Below, in pieces: positions 24,811 to 39,745 of a stretch of DNA of 64,000 nt. The translations under genes were made by a program, and so were the position numbers. Position 1 is the first letter of the stretch, and every line of letters begins with the position of its first letter. Source of the stretch: Chrysomallon squamiferum (lineage: Eukaryota > Animalia > Mollusca); contig CM022669.1 in assembly GCA_012295275.1 (NCBI GenBank), positions 9,176,001-9,240,000 of the forward strand. The letters are read 5' to 3'. Below the pieces are notes generated by a model that saw nothing but the letters and a program-made list of their open reading frames with translations, was not told the DNA's origin and did not search any database.

Positions 24811-26708
24811 AGACTTCTTCTTACGCTGTGTTTGTTTGTGCTTCAGTGTTTGTATCTGTGTAAGCGTCAGCAATAAATGTCTGTATAATGTTTGGTCAGT
24901 GGCACTAAACCACTGACCATTGTCCAAACAGCGGTCTAATCGGATGGTCCGAACGACCTTGGAGTGTGTAAATCAGTGAAAACGCGGCTGAGAAATGGTT
25001 GTGATCACAATAGAAATAACGAGAACTCATCGCTGTTAGAGACGGTTTCAGCTAATGATAGGTTTTCGTGACTAAGTCGATTATGGTTTAGCTTGGCCTC
25101 AGGTTGCAGTACCGGTCTTCCGCCATGCACTGCGAGGTCTTTTCGCTCATAAAACTGAAAAAATCAGTAAAATAAACATCAAATTTCATAGTTTAGTCAA
25201 TCAAGTCCATGGAAGATAAATAAAATTATTTCAAAAATCTGTTGATGTCAAGACAACTCTATGTGGTTTTAAGTAGAAGATTTCTTTTTTTTGTTTTGAT
25301 AATACCACCTTTGTACGGTACGATAACATAACTTTGATCTAATAACCAGTAATGTGAAAATGTTTCGTTGAACAAATGTGTGCAAGGCGCTATAGTTATC
25401 TCTTCCCTAGGGACCAAAAACTGAATGAATAAACGATCTGTATCAATAAACGATGTGAACAAAGAACGAATTAAGATGTTAAAATGAACGAATGCGAACA
25501 TGCATCTCAGACTGATGGATCTTCCTTAAATAACAGTCTCAAGTGGACGTCTGTGTGTCGAGTTCGCTGTGAGTTATTTTTGTCTGTGGAGAAACATCCC
25601 TCTTTTTGTTAGCGACTCTGAGAGTCGAGAGTCTAAACCTTGACCGGATCAGTGGATATCCGCACAACCGGCGGGTTACACGAAAATTCCTCCCTCTTAG
25701 CTGATGAAGAGAGTAGAGTTTCAGTGGTGCGTCTGGACTTAGAATGGTGTGTTTATCAGCGTGGTGGGCTCTGTTATTAACTACAATTTATCATCAGTGG
25801 AGACTCCAGCCACCCTCCAATCCCTGGGATGCCATCGCCAGAATGACTGCCAAAGTCAGGGCTAATGGAATGAATTCGCGTGTAGGTTTCATATCTGCTT
25901 CACAAGTCGCTGAGTTTTATAGTCTGCATGCAAATCAGCGAAGAATTAAAAGAAAAAGAAGAAGAAAAAAAATATATGAAAGAAACTTGTACGACTGAAT
26001 TATTAAGTGAAATTAATTTGATTAACGTAAAGATTGCGAATGAATGAATGAAGAAACAAAAAAGGTTTAACCAAAAGGTACGAAGAACTGAAAAAATGAA
26101 TTTCATGAATGGAAGAACGGAGCATAAGAGAAGGAAAGAAGAAATGGATGAATGAAAGAAGAGATGCATGAATGAAAAAATTTATTTAATGAATGAATGA
26201 ACAAACGAATAAATAAAAGAAGGCAAGAAGAAACTAATGAAGGAGAAAGGAAGGAATGAAGAAGTACATCGCTGAAAGGAAAGATGTTCAGCACACTGTG
26301 AATGAATGAGTCTATTAACATGATAAAAAAAAAAAATGACGAGGTTTCTGGTTCATTGTATGAGTGGATAAATGAATAATGTGAATAAGCGAGCTAGCTA
26401 AATACCGAGAACAAAACGAAAATCGATTTACCTCGCTCGTGACAATAAAGCGGATTATGCTGTATTTAATCAGCGGCGGTATTAATTTGTTTTTGTAGAT
26501 GCATAATTCATCATATTGTGCTGGTGATTGATAGCAGTCATAAATCAAGTCTCTGTGTCAAACGTTCGGTGTCTTACTTGTGCACGTTTCTCAGTCTTCA
26601 GACGTTTTAATTTATTGCCCAGCGGAGACGCGTCAACTGTGTAGTCTTTAATAAAATTACGCATCTGCTGTGATCTCTGATCTGTCTTTCTCACTCGTTC
26701 TCTCTCTG

Positions 26709-26713
<5 letters not shown>

Positions 26714-26805
<92 letters not shown>
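26714..26805. repeat. (TG)n-AA-(CA)n head-to-head inverted microsatellite
   Basis: TG tract 26715-26768, AA, CA tract 26771-26804. Confidence 0.95.
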
Positions 26806-26806
<1 letters not shown>

Positions 26807-27735
26807 GAATAACTGATCGGTATAGCTCGCTGCAGTTCGACATTCTCACCTTCGCAGGACAGTAACTGATGAAAACTAAATGAAATCGACAGTAGCTGAC
26901 TGAGGCATATTGATTTCATTGTCGCGAACAGAAACTACAGATCAAAATAATAGTTCATAAATAACAACAATTTGTTTGTTATTTTTAAGTGAAAACCGTT
27001 TGCAAAATGTTCCTTCAAGATCTAAACCAGCAATTAAACCCTAAAGAAGTAACTCTAGCATCTATTTGTCTGTAAATAACAAGTAGTTTATACAAGTAAA
27101 TACTTTTCCTGAGTTGAAAACTTTCATTATACATTTGTCAATCCATCACATCTTGTCATTGTGTGTGTGTGTGTCTGTGTATGTGTGTATGTCTGTGTCT
27201 ATATATCCATCTATCTGTTTATACGACTTCAGTTCCTCTCACTTTCTGTTTCTTTCAACATCACTCTTCTAATAGTTTCAAAATTTCTGACACAGAACTA
27301 GTCAAATATTAATAAAGTACGCAAACTTCTAAATCTGACTTGGAAAACAAACAAATGCTTGGAAACTTGTGATTCAGAATATCCTTAGGGGAAAAGTTAT
27401 GCTACAGATGCTAAATCCCTTTCAAAGAAAAGATTATGTTAAATTTTTAAAACGAGCGAGTTCAAATATTCCGTACTGTGTCTTTTTTGTTCAGTTTCCT
27501 TGACGATAACATCCCTGTGCAGATAATTTATTTTCGTTCACGACTTTTTTTTTTTTTTTTTTTTTTTCGCTTTCTGATTTTTCTTTGCTTTAACTATTTA
27601 ATGATGTCAAGGGAAAACTTTATATAAAGTTGTTGTATTATTTATTCATTTTGTTTATGTTAAAAATAGAAAGAAATTTTCTTTTTTATTCAGACAATAT
27701 TAATATTAAGCTACTACTACTACTACCTCTACCAT

Positions 27736-27809
<74 letters not shown>

Positions 27810-29166
27810 ATAATAATAATAATAATAATAAGAAGAAGAAGAAGAAGAAGAAGAAGAAAGAACCATAATTCCAGAAAAAAATAAAAATAGAAATAAATAA
27901 ATAAAAAACATGAAAAAGGTCATTATTCTTTGAGATCATTAAATATTAGTATATTTAATCTGTACATTAAAACTTCGTTAAGCACGCAATGAAAACAAAA
28001 ACATGTTGTGTTTTATTTTCTTAGAGATGCTGCACATTACGTTTTTAAACAGTTTCAAATGGTACTAAAAGAAAAATAAATAACCAATAACAAAGAAATA
28101 ATAATAACAAATAAATTAAAACTAATAATAATAAAAATTATTATAAAAAAAATGAGTGAAGAAAAATAGAAAAATCCGAAAAAAAAAAAAACAGAAAACA
28201 TTTTCAAAAAAAAAAGGTCCTTAATTGAAAAAAAATAAAAAATCAGTTTTCTAAATTCTAATCGTTTACTTAGTTACTGGTGAATTTTTTTTTTTTTTAA
28301 ATATTTTTAATTATTGTTTTATTCTATATCATATTAGCCTATTTTATTTTCGTCTTTTTAAAAGTTCTAACATTTTTCATTTATTTTATTTAATTTTTTT
28401 TTTTTTTTTAAATATATTGCTAACATTTCTTTATCTCCAAGATCCAAAAGACAAATTCAGCAAAATAAAAAATCCTCAAATGTTTCTCAATGGAGCAATC
28501 TGCTTCCGACACTCGCAGATTTCAGATATTTATGGATGTGGTCTGGATAAGCAGGCGAATATTAGTTTATAAAATACAAACATCAACAGAAAGCAACAGG
28601 CCCTTGTACGGTCTGCTAATGAAAATATTTACAGATATAAAAACGTGTGTTAAAACGGGCTGAAAACCAGTTACTGCTCACAAGGGTAAGACCTGTGTGA
28701 AAGACAACTAACCCCCTTTTCTGTTTATATGTTACAGTAATAAAATTTCATTTTACTCTGGTGTCCAAGCCTGTTTGTTTTTTTTGTTTGTTTTTTTCGT
28801 TCGCTTTCTTCCGCTGTGGTTCTAAAACTTTCTTTTTTAACCTTTCTGTAGAAAAAGCACATCAGACTGTACATTTATTTCTAAATCCAGTTTTCGTTCC
28901 AGAATGATCATCAAACCTAAGTGTGTGTCTGCGAAATTGCAGAGAAGTGAGTGATGTTCTTATTTTAAAATTAATATAAAATGACGGATAGTAATAAAAA
29001 TTCATTCTTTCATTTTCTTTTACATTTTTAAATACAACAGAGCATGTTTGCTTTTTGTTACTTTATTTCAACTATAAATAAGCAGCCAATTTTTTTTAAC
29101 TTCATATTTTGAGTCTGTTCTTTATCTCTCTTTCTCTTTCTAAACGTCTGTCATTTATAAATACTA

Positions 29167-29202
<36 letters not shown>

Positions 29203-29498
29203 GTTTGTATGTATATGTGTGTATGTATGTATGTATGTATATATGTGTATGTATGTATGTAGGTATGTGTATGTATGTAGGTATGTATGTACATGTATGT
29301 ATGTATGTGTATATATGTATGTATGTATGTATGTATGTTTGTTTGTATGTATGTATGTATGTATGTATGTATGTATGTATGTATGTATGTATGTATGTAT
29401 GTATGTATATATATCCTGAATCTCTATAAAGCTACGATTAGATAAATTTCTATATTTTTGATCACTGACAAACAGAGGACAGTTTTCTTTTGTGTGTC

Positions 29499-29544
<46 letters not shown>

Positions 29545-32500
29545 CACAAATATATATATATATATATAAAATGTACGTATTTTTTTTCTGGTCACTGTCA
29601 TATTAGTACACGTGTATATGTACACATGCACACTTATGTAAACCAGTCTGTCCATTCATACGCTTTCCTGTCTGTACGTTTCTTTCATACTCACGGTTGT
29701 TTCGCTGTTTTCTTCAGCTGGATAACGAAGTAAGACTCGAGAGAACGCTCGGTAATTTTCTGTCTGATGGAGTAAGCGAGCTCGCAGTTTACACGACTCG
29801 GTTTAATCTGGTCACACTTTAACTCAATCGCTATTTGTCCTGGCTTTTCTTTCCCAGCTAATCAACTTTGCGTGTGGAAAACTGCAGAGGTTAGTGTCAC
29901 GTGTTCCGTTAGTCCTAATCCGATATATCAGACTGAAACGTAACGACAATCAAATCAAATCAAACACACTGCTTTAGAACAAGTTAAAAAAAAAAAAAAA
30001 AAAAAATATGTCTCTTCTTTAATTCGGCACAAATTGAGCAGAAAAAAAAAAAAAAAAAAAAAAAGATTGTGTGAGTAATGCAAATATCTTTATTGTGTAT
30101 ACTTCTGAAGGTGTCTGTGTGTCTGTATTTGCATCTGTACGTCTGTGTGTTTGTCTATGTGTTTGTAGTTTCTGCATTGGGAGATGGTGTCTGTATTTAC
30201 AGTACTTTTTGCTTGTTTTTAGCTAACAGTTTGTATTTAAGACAGATAATTTATCTTTAACAATGTATATTTACAGCTCAGAATATGTGTTAAAGCTGAG
30301 AACGTACATTTAAAACAGAGAAACTAATGTTTGAAACTAATGATGTATGTTTTTATATACTTTTACATATGAACAGTGTTTTATTTGTTTACCGATAGCA
30401 GGTACTCGTTGTATGAAATAAATATTCTAAAGTACGTTTACTGTACTCTAAGTGGTGATTTAATACAAATATAACATGATTAATACAAATGCACATGTTT
30501 GTTATTAATAAAGTATGCAAATGTTTTCGGGCGAATTACACTCGCATTCTTTATTTCCATCAATGAAACATTCCGATTACCATGACAACGTCACAACAAA
30601 GAAATGAAAATGTATTTTCAATAACTGATATTAAAACTCATCTACAGATCTGATTATAGAGAAAGAATTACCAAAAAAAAAAAAAAAAAATAATAATAAT
30701 AATAATAATAAAATAAAATAAAAAATAAAAAATGTAAGGAAAAAATAGAAAGAAATAAAAATAAAAGGAAACAAAGAATGAGAGAAAATCAAGTGTATTA
30801 TAAAACAAATTTCAGGCGACACAGTGAGCTCGGTCACGTGGAAACACGATATTACACTTCATTAAAAATGTATGATAATATTCGTATGAATTCATGAACT
30901 AAAGTATGAAATGTGTGATGAATAGATTAATAGGCAGGTACACCTCACGATGAAGAGAAATCTGAACAATCTCCGCATTCGTCTAGAAATGAAGAGAAAT
31001 TTTTTTTGTGCACAATCGCTGAAAGAGTAAACTATATGTCAGTGCTGAAAACAGTAGTAAAAGAGCACACAGTTAGAACGGGGAAAAAAAAAACAAGTGA
31101 AACCTTTTAGAAGGATGATTTCTAAACTCATTTCTCAGCCATAAAACACTACAATGTATTTCTGTTGTTCTGTTTGTTTGTATGTATTTATATGTGGATG
31201 TCTGTCTTTCCGTCTCTTTGATGTATGTTTGTGTGCGTATGTAGATATGTGTGTATGTTGATATGTGTGTATGTATGTATGTATTTATGTGTGTATATAA
31301 GTAAGTATGTATGTATGTATGTATGTATGTTTGTATGTATGTATGAATATAGTGTAGATGTGTACATACGTACGTATGCACCTATGTATCAGTGTATGTA
31401 TCTATGTGTTTGTGATTTCCATGTACAATTTCCAAAACAAAAACCACAATATCAAACACACTATTCCCAACAGTTTAATTTGCATTAGGAATTCATGTTG
31501 GTGAACCTATTTCAAACTGTTGAGTGTCACGTCAGGTTGATTAATAATAGATACTAACGACCTCCTTACTTTTGTCTCAGTGGGTAGCCACATTTTGATG
31601 TTTTCACAGCGCGCTTTGCTGTATTGTTACCACAGAATATGTAATCACTGTCCTGCTAAATAACACGTATGTCAGAAACAGGCCGCACAGTTTTAAAATA
31701 AACATGTTATTTGTGTTGTTGTCGTGTTTCGCACGAAGAGTTTGTTTTATAGGTAAGTTAGGTTTTTATCCCGTTCCAACCAGTGTCCCCCGCCCCCTAA
31801 TGGCGCGCCAGTGTCTCTGCTCTGATACATTATTATGTTTTTTGACTACACGCATATTTCTTTGAAGCTGTGATCTTGCGCGCGCGAACACTCACGCACA
31901 AACGCACACTCGGACACACATACACACATAAACGCACACAAATAAACAGACACAGTTTTTCTCTCTTTCTCTCTCTCGTTCTGTGTTAGCCCGTGTTTCG
32001 TCTGGCCGAGAACAGACGAACTCGTCAGCTGACCGTTACGCCTCGATTCGAAAAATGTCCGAAGATTTCCGAGTGCGATGATTTATGGAAGCTTTCTCTT
32101 GCAGTGGCGTGTGTATGTACCACTAAATGGCAATTTTTATTGCTCCATCGAACTTGAAAATGACCGAAATGAAGGAATGTGAAACGAAAATGATTGTTAA
32201 ATGAGTACACTAGCCGGAATCGTTGCCAACCATACTGATGGCAAAAATTAGTGAAAAAAAAAAAAAAAAAAAGATATGGACATATCTATTGCAAGAAACC
32301 AGCTATATCTATCTGAATGTCTGTCTGAGCAGTTCACCGCCAGAGAATACTCGGGTTAATTCTCTGTCTGTCAGAGTGTCTGTTTGTCTACTATTTTCAT
32401 TTGTTTTGCACTTTCTCTAACGGCTACGAACTGTATGGCAACAGTCGACGAACCATAAAAAAGCAGCTGATTAAAATATCCTATTAATACAACTCGTATT

Positions 32501-34497
32501 TAATACAACTTTATGTATTTCATTTATTTATTTTCCATGTAAAGGGATTAAGATTCCTTTTATAAACGCTCAAAGAAATGCCCACGACAGACGTACATAA
32601 ACATAAAATTCTTAAGAAGGAGAGACGTAATTATTAATTCTTGTTATTATGACTTTACACTGTAAAAGTAATGAAAGAGGTCAGTCGACAAGAATGCACT
32701 GAAAAGGAAAGAGATAAATTATTTGTGTGCTGGTCAACTGGTGGAGATGTGATCTCATTTGCTCTCTGCCTGGAGAAAGAACACGACTGTTCCCAGCTTC
32801 ACACTTCCCAATCTCGCGTCGTTACAGACGGTGCAGAACCAGAGTGCGACCAGCAGACGATAGTTTAGGATATTTATCTGTCTAAATTGACTGAGCAAAT
32901 CTGCGACGAGCAGGGAAATTTCAGCTGCCGGCTTTAGCCACAATCAGCTTTCAGAGCGAACACGCTTTATGTTTCCCAACAAGCTTCCATTTTGCCAAAT
33001 CAAGAAATAAATAACTGTAGAATGAAAAAAAAAAAAAAAAAAAGAATGAAAAAAAAAAAAGAAATTGATGCTTCCTTTATTTCGATCTTCTTTTTTTTTT
33101 TCGTTTTATTAAAGTTTTCAATGAAATGATAAAAAAAAAGAATTGCCTGATTTTATTGTTGTTGTTGTTGTCTTTGTTATTATGTTGTTGTTGTTATTGT
33201 TATTATGTTGTTGTTGTTGTTGTTTCTGTTGGTGATGATGATGTTAGTGATGTGGTAGTCATTGTGGTAGTTCTGCTAGTGGTGGAGGTTGTGGTTGTGA
33301 TGGTAGTTACGATGGTTGTTGTTCTGGTGGTAGATGTGATGGTGCTGGTGTTTTTGTGGTTGTGATCTATTGATGGTGGTGCTAATGATTATCGCTCTGG
33401 TGGGTATTTTTTGTCGTTTTTGTTTTTTCATGATGATCCTTCTGTTCTGGTTGAGGCTTATGGTTGTGAAGGTGGTGGTTCTGTTGGCGGGGTATTGACG
33501 TTCTTCTTGTTGTCGTTGCCATGTTTAATGATTAATGATTTTCCCATTATGCTGCAGCTTTCATTCCTTGCTATTATTATTATTATTATTATTTAATTTT
33601 TATGACTAAATTAAATTTAATTTCTTCCAGGCTGAGATATAAATTTCACAGGACTGTGTTTGATTTATTAGACGTGGACAGCTCGATATGGCTTTTAGTC
33701 CATAACGTCGATGACTGGTCATTTCAAGACAAGATAATAGATAAATTATTTGCACATGGATGCGTTTGTGAAACATAAGAGACAATAAAAACCGGCGCTA
33801 GACGCTTTACGAACATGTTGTTAAGGCTGGCAGAATTTTTGATTCAGCAAATGTGAGAATTAATTACCTACCATAAAAAAAAAATAAAATAAAAATGTTA
33901 CACGGCACATTCGGAAAAACTGACTTGTTGAACCGCGACATTGGATCTATAAACAAAAATAGTGTTTCTCCTTTGACCAATCGAATCTAGGCTTTGTTTT
34001 CAATTCTTATTTCTTCTACTGTTTTTTTTATTATTATTATTATTTTTTTATTTCCCTTGTTTAATACACAAACAACCGCAAAGAACAGAAAATTACCAGC
34101 TGGAACAATAAAAGAGATAAAACGTCGCTGGAACGGAACGAACGGATTTCGTGCAAACTAATCTCTGCTTTTGTTGAGTTGTTGTTTTTTTGTGTGTTTA
34201 TAAATACTGTCTTCTTTCTACGTTGCCTTAATTCCGAAATGATTTTCTGTCACGGCTGACACAAATTGGATGATCGGGTTTACAGTCGTGTCGAGGTTTT
34301 ATTGATAATTAGCGATTAATGAAAAAATAAAAAAAATAATGTATAGTTGTCTTTTTTTGTTGATTCTTGTCAATTTCATGGTTCAAAGTGTCAGGATCTA
34401 TAAATAACTCAAATTGAGATTTTATCTTGTAAATTCCTTTTAACTTAACCTGATTTGTTACTATTTATTTGTTTATTTGTTTGTTTATTTATTTATT

Positions 34498-34539
<42 letters not shown>

Positions 34540-34877
34540 TTATGTTTAATAAATAGTAAGAAACATTTATTTATAAAATATTTTGTATTTAACTTTCTGT
34601 TTTTATGTCTTTGTATTTATAATCATCAGAATGTATCAGAATCTGAATTCTTTTTGTTTTAATATTATTTCTACTTCTCTAAACAAACATAAAGAAAATA
34701 AAAAAAATAATAAAATAATAATAATAATAATAAAGAAAAAAGAAAAAAGAAAAAGAAAAAAATCCTGGCTTTGCATAGACCATTTCTTAAATCAGAATAT
34801 CCATTCTTACATGACAGAACTGCAATTTCAAAATTATAACAAATTAACTGAATGCATTTCCGAGAATTTTATATCTG

Positions 34878-34911
<34 letters not shown>

Positions 34912-37900
34912 GACTGAAAAACTACGACGTTTCTGATGAATTCGTTTCTACTTAATCGATCTATTTAGCGTTTTTCCTCTATACACCACGGTTCAGCATT
35001 TCAGCTTCTTGCAGATAAATCGGCAAGATTACGGGAAGCCCATGAGTTAAAACAAAAATGATTAGTTCCCCCATACTCAATCAGCTTCTCCTCTCAGTAA
35101 TCCGGGATATCCCGTATTGAATCGGGACAGATTTTGAAATTGGGCTCAGAAGACGAATAGCAATCGAAGCAATGTTTTCCTTACAAATGCGACATATTAG
35201 TCAATCACAATCTAATAACATCTCACTAAGTGTCATTTATCTTTTTTTTCTCAATCACGACTTCTGTACTTTAAACATTCGACTTTTAAAGGCAAAACAA
35301 GCGCCTTGACCCGATGTCCTGATACTGTATTAGTTATACAATCAGCACAGTGAGTTGTGTACAGGAGCACTGGTTGTCTCGTGAAAAATCTATTAGCTGT
35401 GTGAAAACAGTTACAAACAGCAGGGATAGGTGGAATAATGAAAGAAAGAATACAGAGTGAAAGAAAAATTAAAAACAGCGAGAGAAAATCACGATGAGAA
35501 AATGTATTTGTTTGTGATATCTGTAGTAATAGCAGTAGTAGCTGTAGTAGTAGCAGCAGCTGTAGTAGTAGTAGTAGACGTAGTAGCAGCAGTAGTAGCA
35601 GTAATAGTAGTTGTAGTAACTGTAATAGTAATAGAAGTAATAATTGTAGTAGTTGTTGTATTAGTAGTTAATGGCAGTGGTAGAAGTTGTATTAGTAGTT
35701 AAGTAATAGTGCCAATAGCAGTAACTGTAATCTTTACCGTTGTTAGTGTTGTAGTGATGTAATAGTAGTAGTAATAACAATAATAATTGTAGTGATGATT
35801 GTACTAATAGTAGTATTAGAAGTAATAGTAATAATAACGGTGGTGCTGGTACTAGTAATAACACCAGCAGTTTCTTCATTAATATTTGCTAAATGTTTAT
35901 TAAATCGTGTTTTTCAATCACAAAAAATGATTTATTTGTGTGTTCTGTAACAAAACTGTGGTTGGTGAAACTGGCTAATCTCAAGGAAAACGCACACTGG
36001 ACACTCCTATTTCATATTTTCTCTGTGTTTGTATTGGAATGGTTTTTCCCCGATGTTTGTCTATCTGAGTATTATACCAATCTGTCTACTTAGATCTCTA
36101 TTAATCTGTGTGTAATGATTCTATATCTGTTAATTAGCGTGTCCGTGTCTGTAGCTTTAATCATCTGCCTTGTTTTACAAATATCAGTCTGACTGTTTCA
36201 CTGTCTGTCTGTGTGTTTTATACTAGAGCAAGCATATTATTATTATTATTATTATTGGTATTACTGTTATTATTAATGCTCTTGTCTTTTTCTTCTCTCT
36301 TTCGTTTATTTTATTCCTTCACTTTTCTTTTATTCCTCCCTATTTCTTCTTTCTTTTCGTTTAATATTTCCTTCTTTACTATTTTTTTTTTTTTTGCTTT
36401 CATTCTCTCTTCGTTAGTAGAAACATTTCAGAGATTACAAACATCTGAAATGGACTGAAATGGACTGAAATATTTAACACGTAGTGGCTCGTTCTGCTGG
36501 TGAGAGTGCCGTGGACCCGCCGATACTTTTATGGCTGAAACGGTCGAAAGGCGACGCTAAAATACGGAATCTTGTTATCAACTCTTCCATGACGCTTTCC
36601 ATCTGAATTATGGATAATGATTCACTGTGTACGCCACTTACTGAATAGAGAAATGGCGGGGTGCACAATTCAGACTAAGTACGACAACAAACATTTTTTC
36701 TCTCTCTCTTTCTGTCTCTGGGGGCCAGTTCAACAGCAAACACGATCGATCCCAGGCATCGACGGTATCGATTGATTTCTTCAGGTTTTTGTCCCACTCA
36801 GGCAATTGTTTGATATTTGTTTTTAGAAAGAGACAAATCACAATTCACAGCACACACCCAGAGAAAAAAAACAGTTGTACTGTAACTGCTATCACATCTG
36901 CTGTACATCGTTATAACTGCATACACTATAAACACTGTTATTAACTCAAGTGGTACATTATTAATATGACTGCTACTATCAATAGTGCTGCTGACGTTAC
37001 CATTACAACAACAGCATCTACTACTACTATTTCCGTATGATGATACTATTTCCATGACTCTTTAGAACTGCCATAACTACTACTATTTTTACAACTACAT
37101 CCACCGCCATTATCATCAGTATTTCTTGTAGTTGGTTTTTTTTTTGTTGTTGTTTTTCTTTATTCCTTATGTTATTCTATTTATTTTATTATTACAGTTG
37201 GTTTGTGAGTCTTTCTTGTGAGTCTCATTTTATTCTCAATTTACGTTTTGACTTCACATGTCCAATAAGACAGTCGTGACTGAAAGTTAAAAAGTCAAGT
37301 ACACTTCGAGAAAACAGCGACGTTTTCTACTAATTGAACAGCTCCGTTATTTAGGTCACACACGTTTTACTAGTTAAGCGTTAACGGCAAAGGGAGATAA
37401 TTAATTCTTTACAAGAAAAGCCTTTTCTTTATTTTTTTTTTTTAGTTTTTTCCTTTTTTTTTCTCTTCAGCATCGCGCCTTTCTCCGCTGTTTGTATCTT
37501 TTCTCCCGGATCGCAGTGAATAATTAACCAGTCTGGGAATGTCGGTCCCCAGGGTATCAGTCTCCACGTTGTTTAGCATCAAAGAACGGCGGTTATTGAT
37601 AGTAAAGTGGGTTTCCTGTTAATCAATTAATACCTACATCTCTATTCTTTGTCCACTAAAGGTCATTCTGTGCGTTACATGCAGATTACTGAGTGTAAGC
37701 CGCACCCGAGTGTAGCACACAGCTGAGAGATGAAGCGAGATCTGAAGCCTGGAGTAACAGTTAGTTTACTAAAGAATGTGTAATTTTTCCTCAACCATTC
37801 GTTCGTTTAGTAGCAGCAGGAGATAGAAATTTCTTGTTAAAATGCAGTAATGAGATCTGATCAGTACTATCACGTGTGCTCTAACCACTAGACCACATTG

Positions 37901-39646
37901 CTGATTGAACCAAAGAGAGAGTAACAAAAGCAACCAAATCAATAGAGAAAAAAAAAATAAAAAATAAAACAAGGAAAAAAACAAAAACAAATCGCGTTCA
38001 AAATTTATACAAGTATTTACATACAAAACCGCTTGAGGAAATCCATTTGTGTTACTAAGTAAAAAATTAACAATTTCACCCTCTCTGTGATTTCGTTTGT
38101 TTGAAATCGAAATCAGACGAACAAACGCCAAACGTTTATTAAACACTTCAGCTCATTTGCATCCTTTTGAACCGACGACGACGTCAGTTATTTCGTTGTC
38201 TTTTTTTTTTTTTTTTCATCTCCGTCGTCTTCCGAATAAAGTAAGACTGTAAACAAAATGTGGAAAAGATTAAATCAATATTATTTCTTTGTTTGTTCAG
38301 CGAGAGCCGCACGTAATCAGGAGAGGAAGGGTTCCGCTGCCAATCAAAGACAGATCGATTGAAAGAAAAGGTCTGAGTGAAGACAAAATGATGACATAAA
38401 ATGAACGAAATTAGAAATTGTTCTAAGCTAAATTTAATGTCTCAACAGAGAACCAGGCTAAGTTTACGATTAGGAGATTGTGTTCTTGCTGATCTTATTT
38501 TAGAAATGTCTTTTTAAGATTTTGGTGATCTGTTAATAAAACGTAGTGAAAATGTATAATCATTATATTAATACTGACAAATACAATAACAACGACAACA
38601 ACAACAACAACAACAATAATAATAATAATAATAATAATAATAGCGATAAATATAACAACAACAATAGTAACAACAACAATAACATAATAATAATAATAAT
38701 GGTAATGATGATGACGATAATGATGATGTGTACGATTCTTAAACATTTTTCTTCAAATTACATTAAAACTGGTTGATTTCTGAAGCAGTGTAAAAAATCT
38801 GATTAAGAAGTAAAAAGGAACTTAACAATTTTCACAAACATCAAGTCCTGTTTACTGCCAGATTCAATGATAAAAATTTGTTCAGTTAATATTTATACTG
38901 ATCTGTTATATTATGTAAGATCAACATTTTTTTTTTTATTGTTATTACAGAAACCATTTATTTATTTATTTATTTATTTATTTATTTGCCCTAACTGTGT
39001 CTGAAAAAAAAAAAAAAAAAAAAAAAATAAAAAAAAAAAATAAATAAAAAGAGATCATTAACAGTATTTTTTAAAGCACTTAAATAAAAGACCAATGATT
39101 CCTTCCGAGAAATTAAATCCAGAAAATATTCTATGCTGGTGCTGGAGATTTTGAACCCATCAGTAAACCTTTTAACATTGTCAGAATAAAACATTCTGAG
39201 CCTGGATAAAATCAATTTTAATTCTGGCCCTAATAGAGTGGAACAATAAATTATTGTCGAGTATTTAAGCTACTGACGGCTGTTGGATTATAAGAAGAAA
39301 TATTTAGATTGGTTGTACTGTACTGCAGCGTACGTACAAAGAAGAAACGGTTTCTTGGAAAGCTGGATGGCAACTCGAAGTCCTGCTGATGGGATCGGAC
39401 GCGAGTCTTTGTCGTTTAGGGTGATTGCCAGTGACCTGGCACCACGGCTGTGTTAAACCGGGGTTTGTACGTTTCTGGGGTCACCGGGTCAGTTGTACGT
39501 TTATTGATGTTATAAAAGAAGTCAGAAAGTATGAGTAACAGTTTAATGTGTTGACTTTATGGTTTCTGTCTTTAAGTTTATGTCTCGAAAGTTCTTGGAA
39601 CGAATCTTAGAAAGCTTTTCTTACTGACTATTCATTTAACATACGA

Positions 39647-39745
<99 letters not shown>

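Noticed and set aside
26555-26610. Possible minimal hammerhead ribozyme on the minus strand (CTGAAGA...GAAAC...GTA)
   Set aside because: Stem II cannot form and stem I does not pair in register.
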